Part shown: one piece after another, positions 1 through 12,165 of the stretch
Layout of the letters: each line of letters begins with the position of its first letter
Numbering within the stretch: the stretch's first letter is position 1
Source of the DNA: Sphagnum compactum
Lineage: Eukaryota
Assembly: GCA_965153455.1 (NCBI GenBank)
Contig: OZ234494.1
Coordinates: forward strand, 744,001 to 808,000
Length of the DNA: 64,000 nucleotides
Direction of reading: 5' to 3'
Position numbers and translations under genes: made by a program
The notes under the pieces: model-generated
What the model was told of the DNA's origin: nothing
The model's input: only the letters and a program-made list of their open reading frames with translations
The model's database searches: none

Positions 1-196
1 TTATTGTGCTAATATCTGATGAAGGCTCATATAACTACGGTTCTCACATCTGAATAATATATGGTAACTACCTATTGTATATCCACAGGTAGCCACCATG
101 CTCACATCTGATAAAACCTTAGATGCTCACTTTCTCTGATGCCCAGGTCATGTAGAGCAGAGAAATGAGCACTAGTGTGTTGTATTCACGGGCAGG

Positions 197-2551
197 ATTG
201 TTTTCACTAATATGGATGTGCACTTCCTTTGCAGATTCCTGGCAGCTTGGACCACAATGGAGGCAAATTGTCTATGGGTTTGGAGCACACTATTGGATTC
301 GGGAAGAGAGGTGTGCATTGGGCGTGGTGAATATTATGGCTGGACTCTTTCAACAAGATGCTCGATATTGTCAAGGAATTGTCCAAGAATGGTTACCTGC
401 TTGCAATGCAGCCAAGGATGGAAGATTAACACAAAACGAGCTTGCACTACATTGCCATATTGTTGTCTGTATGGACTGCTTCCTATCATATCCTTTGCTT
501 TCTGTTGGTTCCTACTCCTTTTTTGTTATCTCTGTTATGTGATGAAGCTATCTTTTCTTTTCTCTGTGGCTAGACAGTGCAAAACCAGTCATCTGTGGGG
601 TTAATGATTTCAGTACATGGTGGACATCCATTTGTCTACTGTTGAGTTTGTTGGGTGTCTCTGAGATTTGACCCATTGGTCATCTTTTTTATGTTAGTTA
701 GTCACATTGGCCACAATCAATCTGAGCTCTAAACTGTATGAGAGTGCTTATTTTGTTATCCAATTAAAAAGTCACAAAGTAGACCAAACTCAGTATGCTC
801 ATCCATTGTAAACTGGCTAATGCAGACCCTAATCATAATCTGTATCCTCATGAGTCAGCCCTTGAACAGAGGCACTTATGTAGCTGAAAGTTTGACAAAT
901 GGTTTTGTGACGGACTGTTGTATTGACTGAGTCTGGATTTCTCCCAACTGGTCAGTGAAACTTCAGGTTCTTGTCAGGGCAACTTGAGTCGTAGTATAGT
1001 GTCCACATAAACTTGTGGCATACTCTCATTGTTACAGTAATGGGCTGGAGAATGAATCGTTGGTCCTATTCTTGTTGCTGGGGTAGCTCTGATGAAGCCT
1101 GCAATCAACTCCATGGAAAATTTCCATTCGGTTTTCCAAGGAGAGGAGGCAGCAGGAGTCCTTCCAAGATTGATAGAGCTTTTGGGTCTCATCCTCCGCT
1201 GGGATCCAGACCCATCTGAACTCATTGTTCCACTGAGGGCCTGGATTCAGGTGAGTTTCTCATTTGTAAGTAGGTAGGGATTATGTTGTCCATTCAACCT
1301 TGCAAGCCAAAACTGATGGTGATGGGGATTTCACATTCAACTAATGCTATCTCTGTTCTGCTACTGATTATTTTCTGCTTTGGATTCAGTTTTGTCACTG
1401 CAAGAAGCATATGAATATGAACTCAGAAGTTTCTATCATTATCACTCATTCAGATTCTTGGTTTTATTTGGGGATTTGTTGAGTAAGCCAGAATGGCTGT
1501 GAAAGCCGGTTAAACAATCAAGTACTTGGAGAAACTGATGGAGATGGGATGAGAGAGATGAGTGCACAGTCACTCATCCAGGGAGTGCAAATGATTCGCA
1601 CTGACCTAATTGAGTATAGGACAACATTCAAGGGTTCTTTTCCAAATAACTTTGATCTTCATCAAGTCGCAGCTTCAATGTACTATCAGCTGGTAAGCCA
1701 CCGAGAAACTGAAAATTCTTGTCATCTTACATATGATGGTCACAGAATAACATTGGTGTGAATATGTAGGCCACACAGACGTAAATGCTACTCATAAGTA
1801 TTACTGGAAAAATTGGAGAGGGTGTCCCTAGCAGTAGTCTTCATAATTCTAGACCAGAATTTTGTCAGAAAATCTCAACAACAAAATCAATGCAACAGTG
1901 TTTGTGTGTGCTAAGTATCAAATGATGGTTGTTTCTACAGATCTCTCATTATCTTGTCACATTTGTTGGAAATGCTTCAGTCAATATTTCTACAAAAGAA
2001 TCTGAGGTACAGGCATCTCTTCTTTTGTAGATTTTGGCCACACTGTTTTCATCATTGCAGATTCAGATTAGGGGAAAATTTCAAACCTGACCATCTGCAG
2101 TAGGCAGTTGCACATGCTCAAAATGTTCATTTGCATGGCACAGCTTTCTACACCACAGTTGTTACATGCAGCAATTAAAAACTGGGTTTGACAAGGGAAT
2201 GAATGTAATGGAAGTGAAGAAATTACTGCAACTACAGGCCCCTGGTAGTTACACAACAGGAATTTGGGTTTGAAAAATCAAACAAAGCACAAACATACCC
2301 TGGGAATGGAGGAATGCAGTTCCAGCTTTCTTATGGCAGTAGGTTTTGAATTTTCACAAAGAAGACTAAAAATCACATGTTCTTTTGCCCAATCTTTGCA
2401 GGATTTGATTGCTGAGTTGTCTTTGCTGCATGAAGACCTTGTAAATTCTGGAGCCCAGATTAAGCTTCTTGATCTGAAGAGCTTTCTTGATCACTGTGAT
2501 AGCTCAACTCAAAATACTGGCAAGCAAGCACAGGTTCTTCAGAGCATTTGA
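197..2551 (+). CDS. 3' portion of a multi-exon helical protein, distant relative of the plant At4g24610/At5g48310 (MUN/CATCHR-like) family; 5' end lies upstream of the window
   Basis: Phase-compatible GT-AG exons 197-468, 1087-1250, 1492-1692, 1941-2006, 2402-2551 give LGPQWRQIVYGFGAHYWIRE...LTQNE...SMENFHSV...FDLHQVAASMYYQLISHYLVTFV...DLIAELSLLHEDL. Motif order resembles recalled family segments (W..L..F..YYG, LSHQEN, FENY, IDLPNLSASIYS). The exon chain is seen; the family call is inference. Confidence 0.55.
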
Positions 2552-3453
2552 GTTACTTTATTGATGGACTCAGGACAGTTTTTCCCCACAAATGGCTCCC
2601 TTCATTAGCACCATATTTCTTGCTTGGGAATTTGGCTATACAAGTGGAATAATTTGTGAAAACCAATAAAAACCGACATGTGTGGGAAAGGTTTGTCACT
2701 ATTATGATACCAGGAGGTGACAAGAGTGTTCTTTCTGCGGTTGCAGCGTACTCTGAGAACTCTGGTGTCTTAAAGACTACAGAGTTTTGGAGCAAACCAT
2801 TGCAGGCAGCTACAACACAAAGTAAACATTCTTCTGCTGTCCACTTGATTTCATTGTGAAATTATTTCATTGTCATTGCAACTGATGAAAGGCATGCCAC
2901 TTGCAAAACCCAAGCTCCAGAATTTACAACTGAACAAAAAAAATTCTCCCTGCATTTGCGGACACTGTAAGTTCAATATACTAAAAATTGAGATCAGAAC
3001 AGAAGACAAAAACTAATCCCTCAAAAAAGTACATACCTCAGATTGTTTTCTTTGATCACTGTAACCGATTCATGTCATTAAGTTTTTTCATCAAGTCTTT
3101 TGGTGCCATTTGTCATGTTGTGCAAAATGGATAGGAGTGTCATTTCTGAACCTGTAAATTTTACCCTAAAATACCCAAGTGGGTCCAATCAGTCAGTCAT
3201 TTGTTCAGTAAGTGAGCTGCGAAGTTGCTCTTAGATATGGGGAGGATATTATTTCTTCAACAGAATTTATAGACCTGGCTGCTGTGGTTGCGAGAAAGAA
3301 AGAAAGCAAGCCTCTTTTATCTCAGTATTGTCTATGGTGCAAATGAAGAGAGAGAGAGAGAGCTATGCTAATTTAGCAGTTTGTTCAATGCAATAGGTAG
3401 TAATAATTACAAAGCAGGAGGAGGAGCAAAAGGAGGTGCTACTATAGAAGTAA

Positions 3454-3484
<31 letters not shown>

Positions 3485-4185
3485 GAAAGTTTGTTGCTTG
3501 AATGGAGAATAATTTATGGAATTGTCCAAACTCACTTGTACAATTCAGAGGAAGCTCTTTTCTTCCAAGTCAAAACTCCAGCAGATTTGCTGAATAGTCT
3601 GTTTGCGAAACCTTCCTCTGTAGTAGTGGTGGTGGTAGCAGCAGCCTGGTACCAAGCTGAACCAATCAAACTACTTGCAGGAACATTTGTGTTGTATTTC
3701 AATGATCCACAACACAACCTGATCCTGGCCCTGTTTACGTGTGGGTTGTGCGTCTGTGATTAAACTGAACACAAAAAATCAAAAATGACTTTTCAATTCC
3801 TTCAAGGGCAGCTTCTTCTTCTTCTTCCTCTTCTTTGAAACCCCATCATATAGATGTCATAGTAGTGTAAAATGGCAGCAGAAGTAGCAGCAGACGAGAA
3901 CCATCATTGAGTCAGCTTGGAAAGCTGAGGATCTTCCAAGACTTGATCATCTCTAATAATATGTGATTTCAAGGGGACATGATGGAATTATTTCCATTCA
4001 AGGGGACAATGGAACTTCAAGTCTTGTCTGTCAAGCAAACAATCAAACCATGGTGATCCCCTGTGGTGCTCCACCATCATCATCACCATGCTTTTGCTTT
4101 TCAATGAGGGAGGAAAGCAAAAGCAAAAGAATGTGTGGGACTGGAAACACAGAGACAGAGACAGTCATTTCCAAAACAGTTCTTG

Positions 4186-4219
<34 letters not shown>

Positions 4220-4769
4220 TCCAAAACAGTTCTTGGAGACTGTGAGTATAGTGACAAACAGATGCAGGAGTAAGTATATCAGCTCTCTCTCTCCTCTTGG
4301 TCAACAACAACAAAATGCAACCAAAACAATTCAAGCAGGAGTTGTGATGATGATGATGATGTCTGAGTGGTAAGTGGAGGAGCCATTCTTCAACTTTGCT
4401 CCAACAACAGCAGCAGCAGCAGGTGAAGCACTGCTGCTGCTGCTGCTTTGTGTTGCCCCAGCAATTGCAAGGGAGCTGGAGGAAACCGGTGGGTTTGCTG
4501 TTGCCCCAGCAGGAGCTTGCTGGAGCTGCTGCATTTGATGCAGGCCGACAACAATACCTTCCTCCTCTTCCTCCTTCTCATGGCACAACAGGCAATTCAC
4601 AAGCCCTTGCACACAGGAGAAACAAAGATGTGTGCTTGCATGTCTACAATACAAGTATTTTGTGTATATGCAGAAGTAGTAGTAGGCATATGTTGGTGAA
4701 TGCCAGATTCAGAATCCACACTACTGCTGCTGATTCTGCTTCTCAATGAACATACATACTCGCCAATCT

Positions 4770-5070
4770 TTTCTCAATTGTTAAATTTCGCCAAAAAAAG
4801 AAAAACACAGAAGTGAAGTGATTTTGCAAGGTTTCAATTGCCAAAAACTGAGAACGCAGTAAAAAAAACGAAAAAAAAACGAAAAAAAAAAAAAAAACAA
4901 AGAGAAAAAATTGTCAGATTTCTATATATGGTTTTCAGTGTGTAGCCAGAAAATATAGAAGGTTGATTAAATATTGTACAAGTGGTATCTGATTTTATAG
5001 CCAGATTTGGCTAAATCTTCTTAGGGATGATCGCCATTTTTCCGACATCTTCCTTTGGACGATCACCACT
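4770..5070. repeat. Dispersed repeat family, copy 1
   Basis: Motifs tagccagaaaatatagaagg (~4943) and gccagatttggctaaatc (~5000) recur at ~11.2, 12.1 and 61.9 kb. Confidence 0.65.
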
Positions 5071-5349
5071 TAGGTGGCCAGGGCGAACCAGCACTCACAT
5101 TGGTGGTACCTTCGCCTTTTGGAGTGAGGCCACTTAGTGGCCACATTAAACCCAAGTAATGTTAGATTTGAACTCAGGGACCCTAATTTAGTCTTAGGAT
5201 GGGGATATTTGTAATATTTAGAAATAATTTTAATGAATTTTGTGATGAAGTTTACCATGGTACCAACTACCAAGGGGTGCTGGTTAGGCCCACTTAGGCC
5301 CACTTAGGCCACATACAAAAAGTAGTTCCTAAAAAAACACCGATTATTA

Positions 5350-5625
5350 TTACTCACAGAATATTCCACAGTGAATGAGCCTCCTCGCAGAATCTTGGAG
5401 TGTGAATTGAGTGTACTCGCGGAATCTTCCAAAGTGAATGCGCGTAGTCGCAGAATCTTGGAGAGCAAACGAACGTAACTCGCAGAATATTCCAGAGTGA
5501 AAACGCGTATTCGCAGAATCTTGGATAGTAAACGAGAGCGTTAACTGGCAGAATCTTTCAGAGTGAATTCGCGTATTCGCAGAATCTTGGAGGAGAGTGG
5601 ATTGAACGAACTCGCAGAATCTTCC
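5350..5625. repeat. Degenerate tandem repeat immediately upstream of DCP2
   Basis: About 9 recurrences of cgcagaat(c/a)tt(gga/cca) with alternating ~29/31-bp spacing (~60-bp dimer). Confidence 0.8.
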
Positions 5626-5768
5626 ATTTGGGTTTTGGAGGCGGAATAACGAACGTAAAACTGGCTCTTTGGGTCTTCGGTCGGACAACAGGAGGAGGAG
5701 CGAGGCGGCTTGTGAAGATCCGGAGACGAGACGAACCTTTTGCTTTCTTTCAAATAATACAGGTGCAA

Positions 5769-8700
5769 ATGGCGGGAGTGAATCGGGGAGGAAGTGGTGC
5801 CGGAGGACCGGGGAGTTCCACTCTCCCACCCCAGGAGCTTCTGGAAGATCTTTGCAGGTAAGTTTTTACCATCTTCCAGCTCTATCTCTCGTCCACAGTT
5901 ATGGGATTGTTCGTTTTGTTTTTTTTGGGTGGGGTGTGAGGGAGGGGCATTTCCTTCTGGTTTTCGGTTTCCACTCTTTTCTTTCGTTGCTGATCTGTTG
6001 TCAGATCTCTCAAGTTTCTATTGTTGTCATTCTTTTCTTCATCAATTTTTTTTGAGGGGAAAAAAAAGAATGTAAGTTGTTGTTTGGTTGTTTTTTTTCC
6101 TTACTGAGCTTGCCTACTCATCTTCCTACTTCCTTGCTTTGATCATTGGAAAAATGGTCTTCATCTCATCACAAGTTTGTGAGTTGTTGGGGAAACTGAC
6201 ACATTAGGGTTACAGAAATGTGTATTTTCATGAGAAACTCACACATTAGGGTTACAGAAAGTTGTATTTTCATGAGAAACTCTCACATTAGGGTTACAGA
6301 AATTTTGTATTTTCATGAGAAACTCTCACATTAGGGTTACAGAAATTTTGTATTTTCATGAGAAACTCTCACATCAGGGTTACAGAAATTTTGTATTTTC
6401 TTGCATTGAACTGTAATTAATTTGAGATTGGAGTTGTTTGCTGAGAAAAAAGAAAAAATAGCTTTTGTTGTTGCTGCAACCAACTAAGTGTGTGGACAGA
6501 TTTCAGACAAATATCCATGTTTCCTTGGTGTATGGTTTCACAGGTAGTTGCATAATATTAATAAATTGCACATATCCTGGGGTGTGCAGCCGATTTGTGT
6601 TGAATGCGCCAGAGGAGGAGCTACGGTCTTTTGAGAGAATTTTGTTCTACGTGGAGCAAGCTCATTGGTTTTACGAAGACTACACAATGGAGCAAAATCA
6701 ATATCTGAAATCCTTGACTCTGCGTGAATTCACCTCTTTAAGTATCCTCTGAAGTGATCGGTGTGGTGTGCAATGCATATACGATAGATGTACATGTATG
6801 TTCCCCTGATCCCAATCAAATGGTTTGGTATTTTTTCCATTCTCTTTAGCATTTCAATCAAGCAAAATTTGTTTAGGAGACATTCAATATGCTCCTGGGG
6901 ATCAGTTACATACTTTTGTCACATATGTAATACTTTTGTAGCCCTTTACTTATACAGAGTAGGGTCTGTACGCATGTCGTTGTGTGGTTTTGTGTATAAT
7001 TTTATGTATGCAACAGTTTAATAACAATTTTTACATGTGGTTGGTATGGACACTCATACTTGATTGTGATAGATCAGTGTTTTCTTCTGTGGAACTGTTT
7101 CCAAATCTGTCAGCTTTCACAGAGGGTTAATCAATGTGTTTGTTCATGTTTTCTATGTGGGGATGGAACATTTTCCTTAACTTTGTGGGTTTCACAAGTG
7201 TTTCATAGCTGTTCAGCTCTGAGGCCATATATAACACACTTTGATGACATTTATAAGGACTTCACAACATACAAGACCAGTGTGCCTGTCACAGGTGCTA
7301 TCATTCTTGATGAATCATATCAACGGGTATGTGCTGTGTTTTTGTTTTTGTTTTTTTTTTTTGTAGCCCCTGCCTCTGCCCAATTTTTGCTTCAAATTCT
7401 GACATGTTTTAGGTCCTTGACTTCTGAGTTATTGCACTCAGAGCATGTCATAGCAAAGCATTGAGAATATGGTCAACAATTTCATGGAGGATTCTCTTGG
7501 ATTATGTGGAGTTGATCATGTGAGTGGAGCTGAGCTGTATTTTTTCAGTGCTACAGTGCCTGCTAGTGAAGGGGTGGAAAGCAGGCGCAAGCTGGAGCTT
7601 CCCACGAGGCAAGAAAAACAAAGATGAAGAGGATTGTGATTGTGCAGTCCGTGAGGTGTGTTTTCTGAGATGTGGTTACAGAGGCATAAAATCCTTTGTT
7701 TCCACTATTCACCTTTTTATTTCCCATCTTTCAAGTAGCAGGTGATGCAAAACCTGACCTATATATCAGCTTCAGAAATTTTAGGTCAACCTTTTTCAGG
7801 ACCCATAAAGCCAAGTCTGAGCTCCAAGTTTCTCAGGAGTGTCAAATAAGATCACCAGAACGTCTCAGGGACTTGTGAAGCTACATGTGGTTGGTGCAAT
7901 TGAATTTCTAGCAAAGAATCAATTGAGTCTCATGCCTTAAGGCTATGGCTAGACCAAGTTCACACTTCAGGCTTAAAAGTCAGGTTCAAGAAACAAAAGT
8001 AACTGAAAGTCTAATGCCCCCCCAAGGTTGTCCTTTGGTGTTGGCAGTACCTCAACTTGGATGCTATGAGTCTGCTTGGTTATTAAACTGAGCTTATCAC
8101 ACAACGGTGCAGGTATGGGAGGAGACAGGATATGATGTATCAGAAAAATTGAAAATAGAGGACCATCTGGAAGTTGTAATGGGGGTGCAACGTATGCGTC
8201 TTTATATTATTGCAGGTGTCAATGAGAGTATCCCTTTTGCTCCCCAGACCAAAAAAGAAATCAGTGTATGTTTTCTCACTCACCTATGCTGCAGAGTTCT
8301 TCTGCCTCATTTTGAGCAGGCACCAACATTGCATTCAAAGCTTCTATAAAATGTTAGAGGGCTTTTTTTTTCTTGGTAGCAAATTGCTTGTGGCTTAATT
8401 GTGCACTTCTAAGTTAGGAACTTGCAGAATAGAGGTATTGTGGGGAACAGGGCATGGTCCAAAGAATGTTGGGTGCTTGGCATTTTTGGAAGTAGTTATA
8501 CCCAACCCACCCTTTTGCCTTCTGTTGGTGTTCAGGAAATAGCCTGGCATCGTGTGGATGAGTTACCAGTGGCAAGCAATGAGGCCCCATCTCATCACAG
8601 GGGTCCAACAGGGCTCAAATACTTCATGGTCTTTCCATTTGTGACGTATGTTCACTTCACCTAGCACAGCTCGTATAGTTCTCTTATGTCTTTTCTTCTG

Positions 8701-9305
8701 CTGAGGGTTATTCATAATTGAGCATTGTAAATGTTGTGGCAATGGCTCATTCTTCAGTTTCAACCAATATGCTGACTTCATTTGACACCAAGTTGTGGCT
8801 CATTGTGTACAGGCCACTCAAGAAGTGGATAGAGGAACACTGTCCTCCTGGGCTCCAAAGGCCAGGAAGCCCGCTTCAAGGTACCCTTCCATCCATCTCA
8901 AAGTGTGCAAAAGATTTTTTATTTCTAGTATAAATGCAAATGTAAGAGCAAGAAGAGTTTACCCATGAAAGATATAGCTATCAGCAATTTTCACTTGATA
9001 AGAACCTGATGATGATTGTCCTAGCTTCATTTTGAATCTTTTTTTCTTGTAAACTAGGTGTGACAGTTTGGAAGGTGAAAAACATGGCATCAGGTGCATC
9101 AGGAGTTTCTATCCCACCCAGCCAAGCCACACCTTTTTTACCAGCAAGTACACTTAGGCCTAGTACACCTAGTACACCTATTTCCAGTACACTTACGTCA
9201 GAACAACTCACACAAACTCCTGTCACAAGTCCACCAGAAGAGCCTCCAGGAAAGGCTTTCCGCAACTTCCGGTTTGATTTTGCTCTAATCCTTGAGCAGC
9301 TCTAA
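5769..9305 (+). CDS. DCP2: mRNA decapping enzyme subunit 2 (Box A plus Nudix domain), 8 exons
   Basis: Exons 5769-5857, 6590-6741, 7199-7326, 7557-7655, 8113-8265, 8536-8645, 8813-8880, 9058-9305. Box [21 protein letters not shown]...EQAHWFYED; Nudix box [28 protein letters not shown]-terminal [11 protein letters not shown]. Confidence 0.97.
6197..6400. repeat. ~42-bp minisatellite, 5 copies, in DCP2 intron 1
   Basis: Near-perfect repeats of cacattagggttacagaaattttgtattttcatgagaaactct. Confidence 0.95.
6742..7198 (+). other. U12-type (minor spliceosome) GT-AG intron in DCP2
   Basis: 5' splice site GTATCCTCT; branch point TTTTCCTTAAC at 7171-7181, 17 nt before the intron end; splicing restores FTSL-M-FHSC in frame. 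Confidence 0.9.
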
Positions 9306-11074
9306 TGCATTTCCATTTAACAATTTTTGTAGATCTTCACCTTCATATGACACTCGTTCTTGCCATGTTAACTTTTGGTTTTGCTGGAACTGACAGAATG
9401 AGTTACCTTCACTTTGCTGTTGTTGAGTTTTCTCTGCACTTTGGTAGATATGTTTTTCTAGTTGCTTTAGTGGGTGTTCTGCATCCAAGTGGTCACTGGG
9501 TGGTGCGATTAGAGGATATGTTCAGGGTGCAGGGTGCCCCAACCATTACCCTCTACAGAGGCCTCACTTCACCTCAGACTTTCTTGTACAGGGACAAGCT
9601 AAAATGAAAATGAAGCTTTAACGTCACCAGCTTGTTGCAGCTTGAATGAGGATACTACTGGCTTTGTGTACATACTAGCAGATTTCTTTTGAATGGTAGC
9701 CAACATCTTGACTGGGTCTTCCCAATATTTCTGCAAATGTGACACAAACTTAGGATTCAGATGTTTGTATAATGGCTTGCCCAAAATTTGGATGGATCAT
9801 TGTGTACTTAATTTGTACTTATTTGTATATGCGCTGTGGGGTGCAGCTGGTGAAGTCATAGCTTGTCACTGCTATTGACATTGGCAACAGAAGTTGATGA
9901 TGGTTGGTGCGTATTGCTAGCATGGTTATCACTGTACTCATTCTTGTTGTGTTTCTACTTTTGGCTTCCCTGGAACTAACAGAGTTGTTCCACTCTTAAG
10001 GAGTAGGCCTGTAAGATCCTGTCAGGTGGTAGGTAACAAACAAGTTCTGTCGGGGCCTGTTCTAGAGTGTAAACAGTATTATTCCTCACCAATTGATTCC
10101 TGTCAAAAGAGTGTTTCCCACTTGTGATGTAAGCCACGGCCATGGACCCAATCAATATATCTGACCGATCAAGAGCACGTGTTAAACTGTGCTGTGGCTT
10201 TTGCATCTTCAGCAGCAAAAATGCGGAGCCACAGCCATCTTACTAGGCTATTGAGACGAAATATATAACCTGATTTTTACAAATCTTCAATCCAAAACAT
10301 GTTCTGCAATGTGGATACACAAAGATAAAGTGAAATAAAGAAGAAGAGAGTTTCAAGTTGCTTATGATGATGGCCAAGGGGGTGACATTGGGTTAGATCC
10401 TTGGTGCTTTAGTTATTAGGTACCTAGTCTTCACCTTCCAGCTTCTACTACTTTTAGAACACACATTTCATGCTCAAAATTGTATGTAGTCACTTAAATT
10501 TTATTTTATTTTATTTATTTATTTGTTTATTTTTATTTGTTTATTTTATTTTTCTGTTTGGGGGGGGGGGAGATTTTCACATTGTTTCAACATAAAAAAA
10601 TATGATTTTGACACATACAAACTTCAAAGGATTTATGTGAAGAAAAAAACCCTACAACCAAGTCTCATAAAAGGTATCACTCAACATGATACCTTAAGAT
10701 ATTCAAAATTGAGAACTGGCTTGAAACCTTGGCCAATTCTCACATATTTTCTGATACCCACCCAACACTAGTCATAACACCGACTTAGGGTAGGGTTAGC
10801 ATCATGAGTGAATGGTACCTAAGGCTATGTTGAGGAAGAAATGACATTTAGTTCCATCCTTCTTCTTGAGTCCTTTGCCCAAAAATCCAATTCAAATTCT
10901 AGAGAATGGGAAATGAACCTTCAAAAATTTACAACTCTAGTTTACTACAATAGGTGACAAGTGACAACCAAAACGTTCAACCCTTTGATCAAAAAGTTTT
11001 CCAAGTTGGTTGGTTCTTAGCTGGTAGACAAAATATTTTTACCCGAAGCCAATTTTTTTTTTTTTTTTTATTGC

Positions 11075-11320
11075 AATTTTTCTCCAGTTGGTGACAATAT
11101 TTTCAGAAATTGAAAAAAAAAGGTTTTATTTGGGGTTTTTGATTGCCAAATTTCAGTTTTAAAAAAATATGCCAAAAAAATTCTGCATCCGGTTCTAATA
11201 GGTCACCAACAACATAGAATGATGCTTAAATGTTTTTGTTTTATCCTTTTTAAAGTCAAATGTGGCTAAATCAGGTTACAAATGATTGCATTTCATTCTA
11301 CATCACAGATTTAAAATTAA
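11075..11320. repeat. Dispersed repeat family, copy 2
   Basis: tcaccaacaacatagaatg ... gtcaaatgtggctaaatc ... tacatcacagattt. Confidence 0.55.
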
Positions 11321-11599
11321 TTTATTAAAAATTAAATTATTTATTAAATTAAATTTAAAATTATTTTTAAAAAAAAAAACTGGCCAAACCAGTTACCAGG
11401 CTTTTAAGGTCTATTTTAATTGCTAGGTTCACCCTCACCATTTACCTAAGAGAACCAGGTTGTAGAAGAAGGCCCATTCTTGAGTACCAAGTGGTGATAG
11501 AAAGACCCACCCAAATGGAATATGTACAAACTAGGTCCCACACAGGCCACCACTAACATGGGCATCATCATCTATATTGGTCCCTATGTGAGTGAGGCA

Positions 11600-11880
11600 C
11601 TTTCTACAGAACTTACACAACAACACAAGAGTTAGTTTCCTCTTTGACCCAATTTTCTATGGAACTCAGAGAGAGCACAAGAAGAGTTTCCTCTAATGAT
11701 AGGATGCTTTTTCTTTGGAACTTACACAAAACATGAGTTTCTTCTGCTATGACCCAATTTTGTATGGAACTTACACAGAACACAAGAGTTTCCATTATGA
11801 TGGCATTTTCTTTGGAACTTACACAAAAACATGTGTTTCTTCTTCTATGACCCAATTTTATATGGAACTTACCAAAAGCA
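11600..11880. repeat. Degenerate ~50-bp tandem repeat
   Basis: Recurring tggaacttacaca(a/g)aaca...gagtttc...tgacccaatttt, about 5-6 units. Confidence 0.8.
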
Positions 11881-11914
11881 AAGAACAGAAAAGGGCAACA
11901 TGAGTTACTTGTGT

Positions 11915-12165
11915 AGTGGCGGCCCAGTGATTTTTTTATTGTGTTGAACTTTTGCCATTTGACGGAAAACAAAATTTGAATTTTTTTGAATTCTGTCATA
12001 AATTTTCTGTATAAAATAATTACCAAAAAACGAAAAAAATCATTAAAAAAATTGCCACAAACTGCCTACAACATGAAAGGGTGCTTAAGATTGATTTTTC
12101 TACTTTCATATGTTGAATATTGCCAAATTTGGCTAAATATATTCTTGAGCACCATCTCTAGAAAT
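11915..12165. repeat. Dispersed repeat family, copy 3
   Basis: tgcctacaacatgaaaggg ... ttgccaaatttggctaaata. Confidence 0.6.

Noticed and set aside
3910-3950. Hairpin cttggaa/ttccaag as a possible miRNA precursor
   Set aside because: Stem too short and no match to conserved plant miRNAs I recall.
5350-5829. 159-aa minus-strand ORF with QDSA repeats
   Set aside because: Translation of the tandem repeat, antisense to the DCP2 promoter and exon 1.
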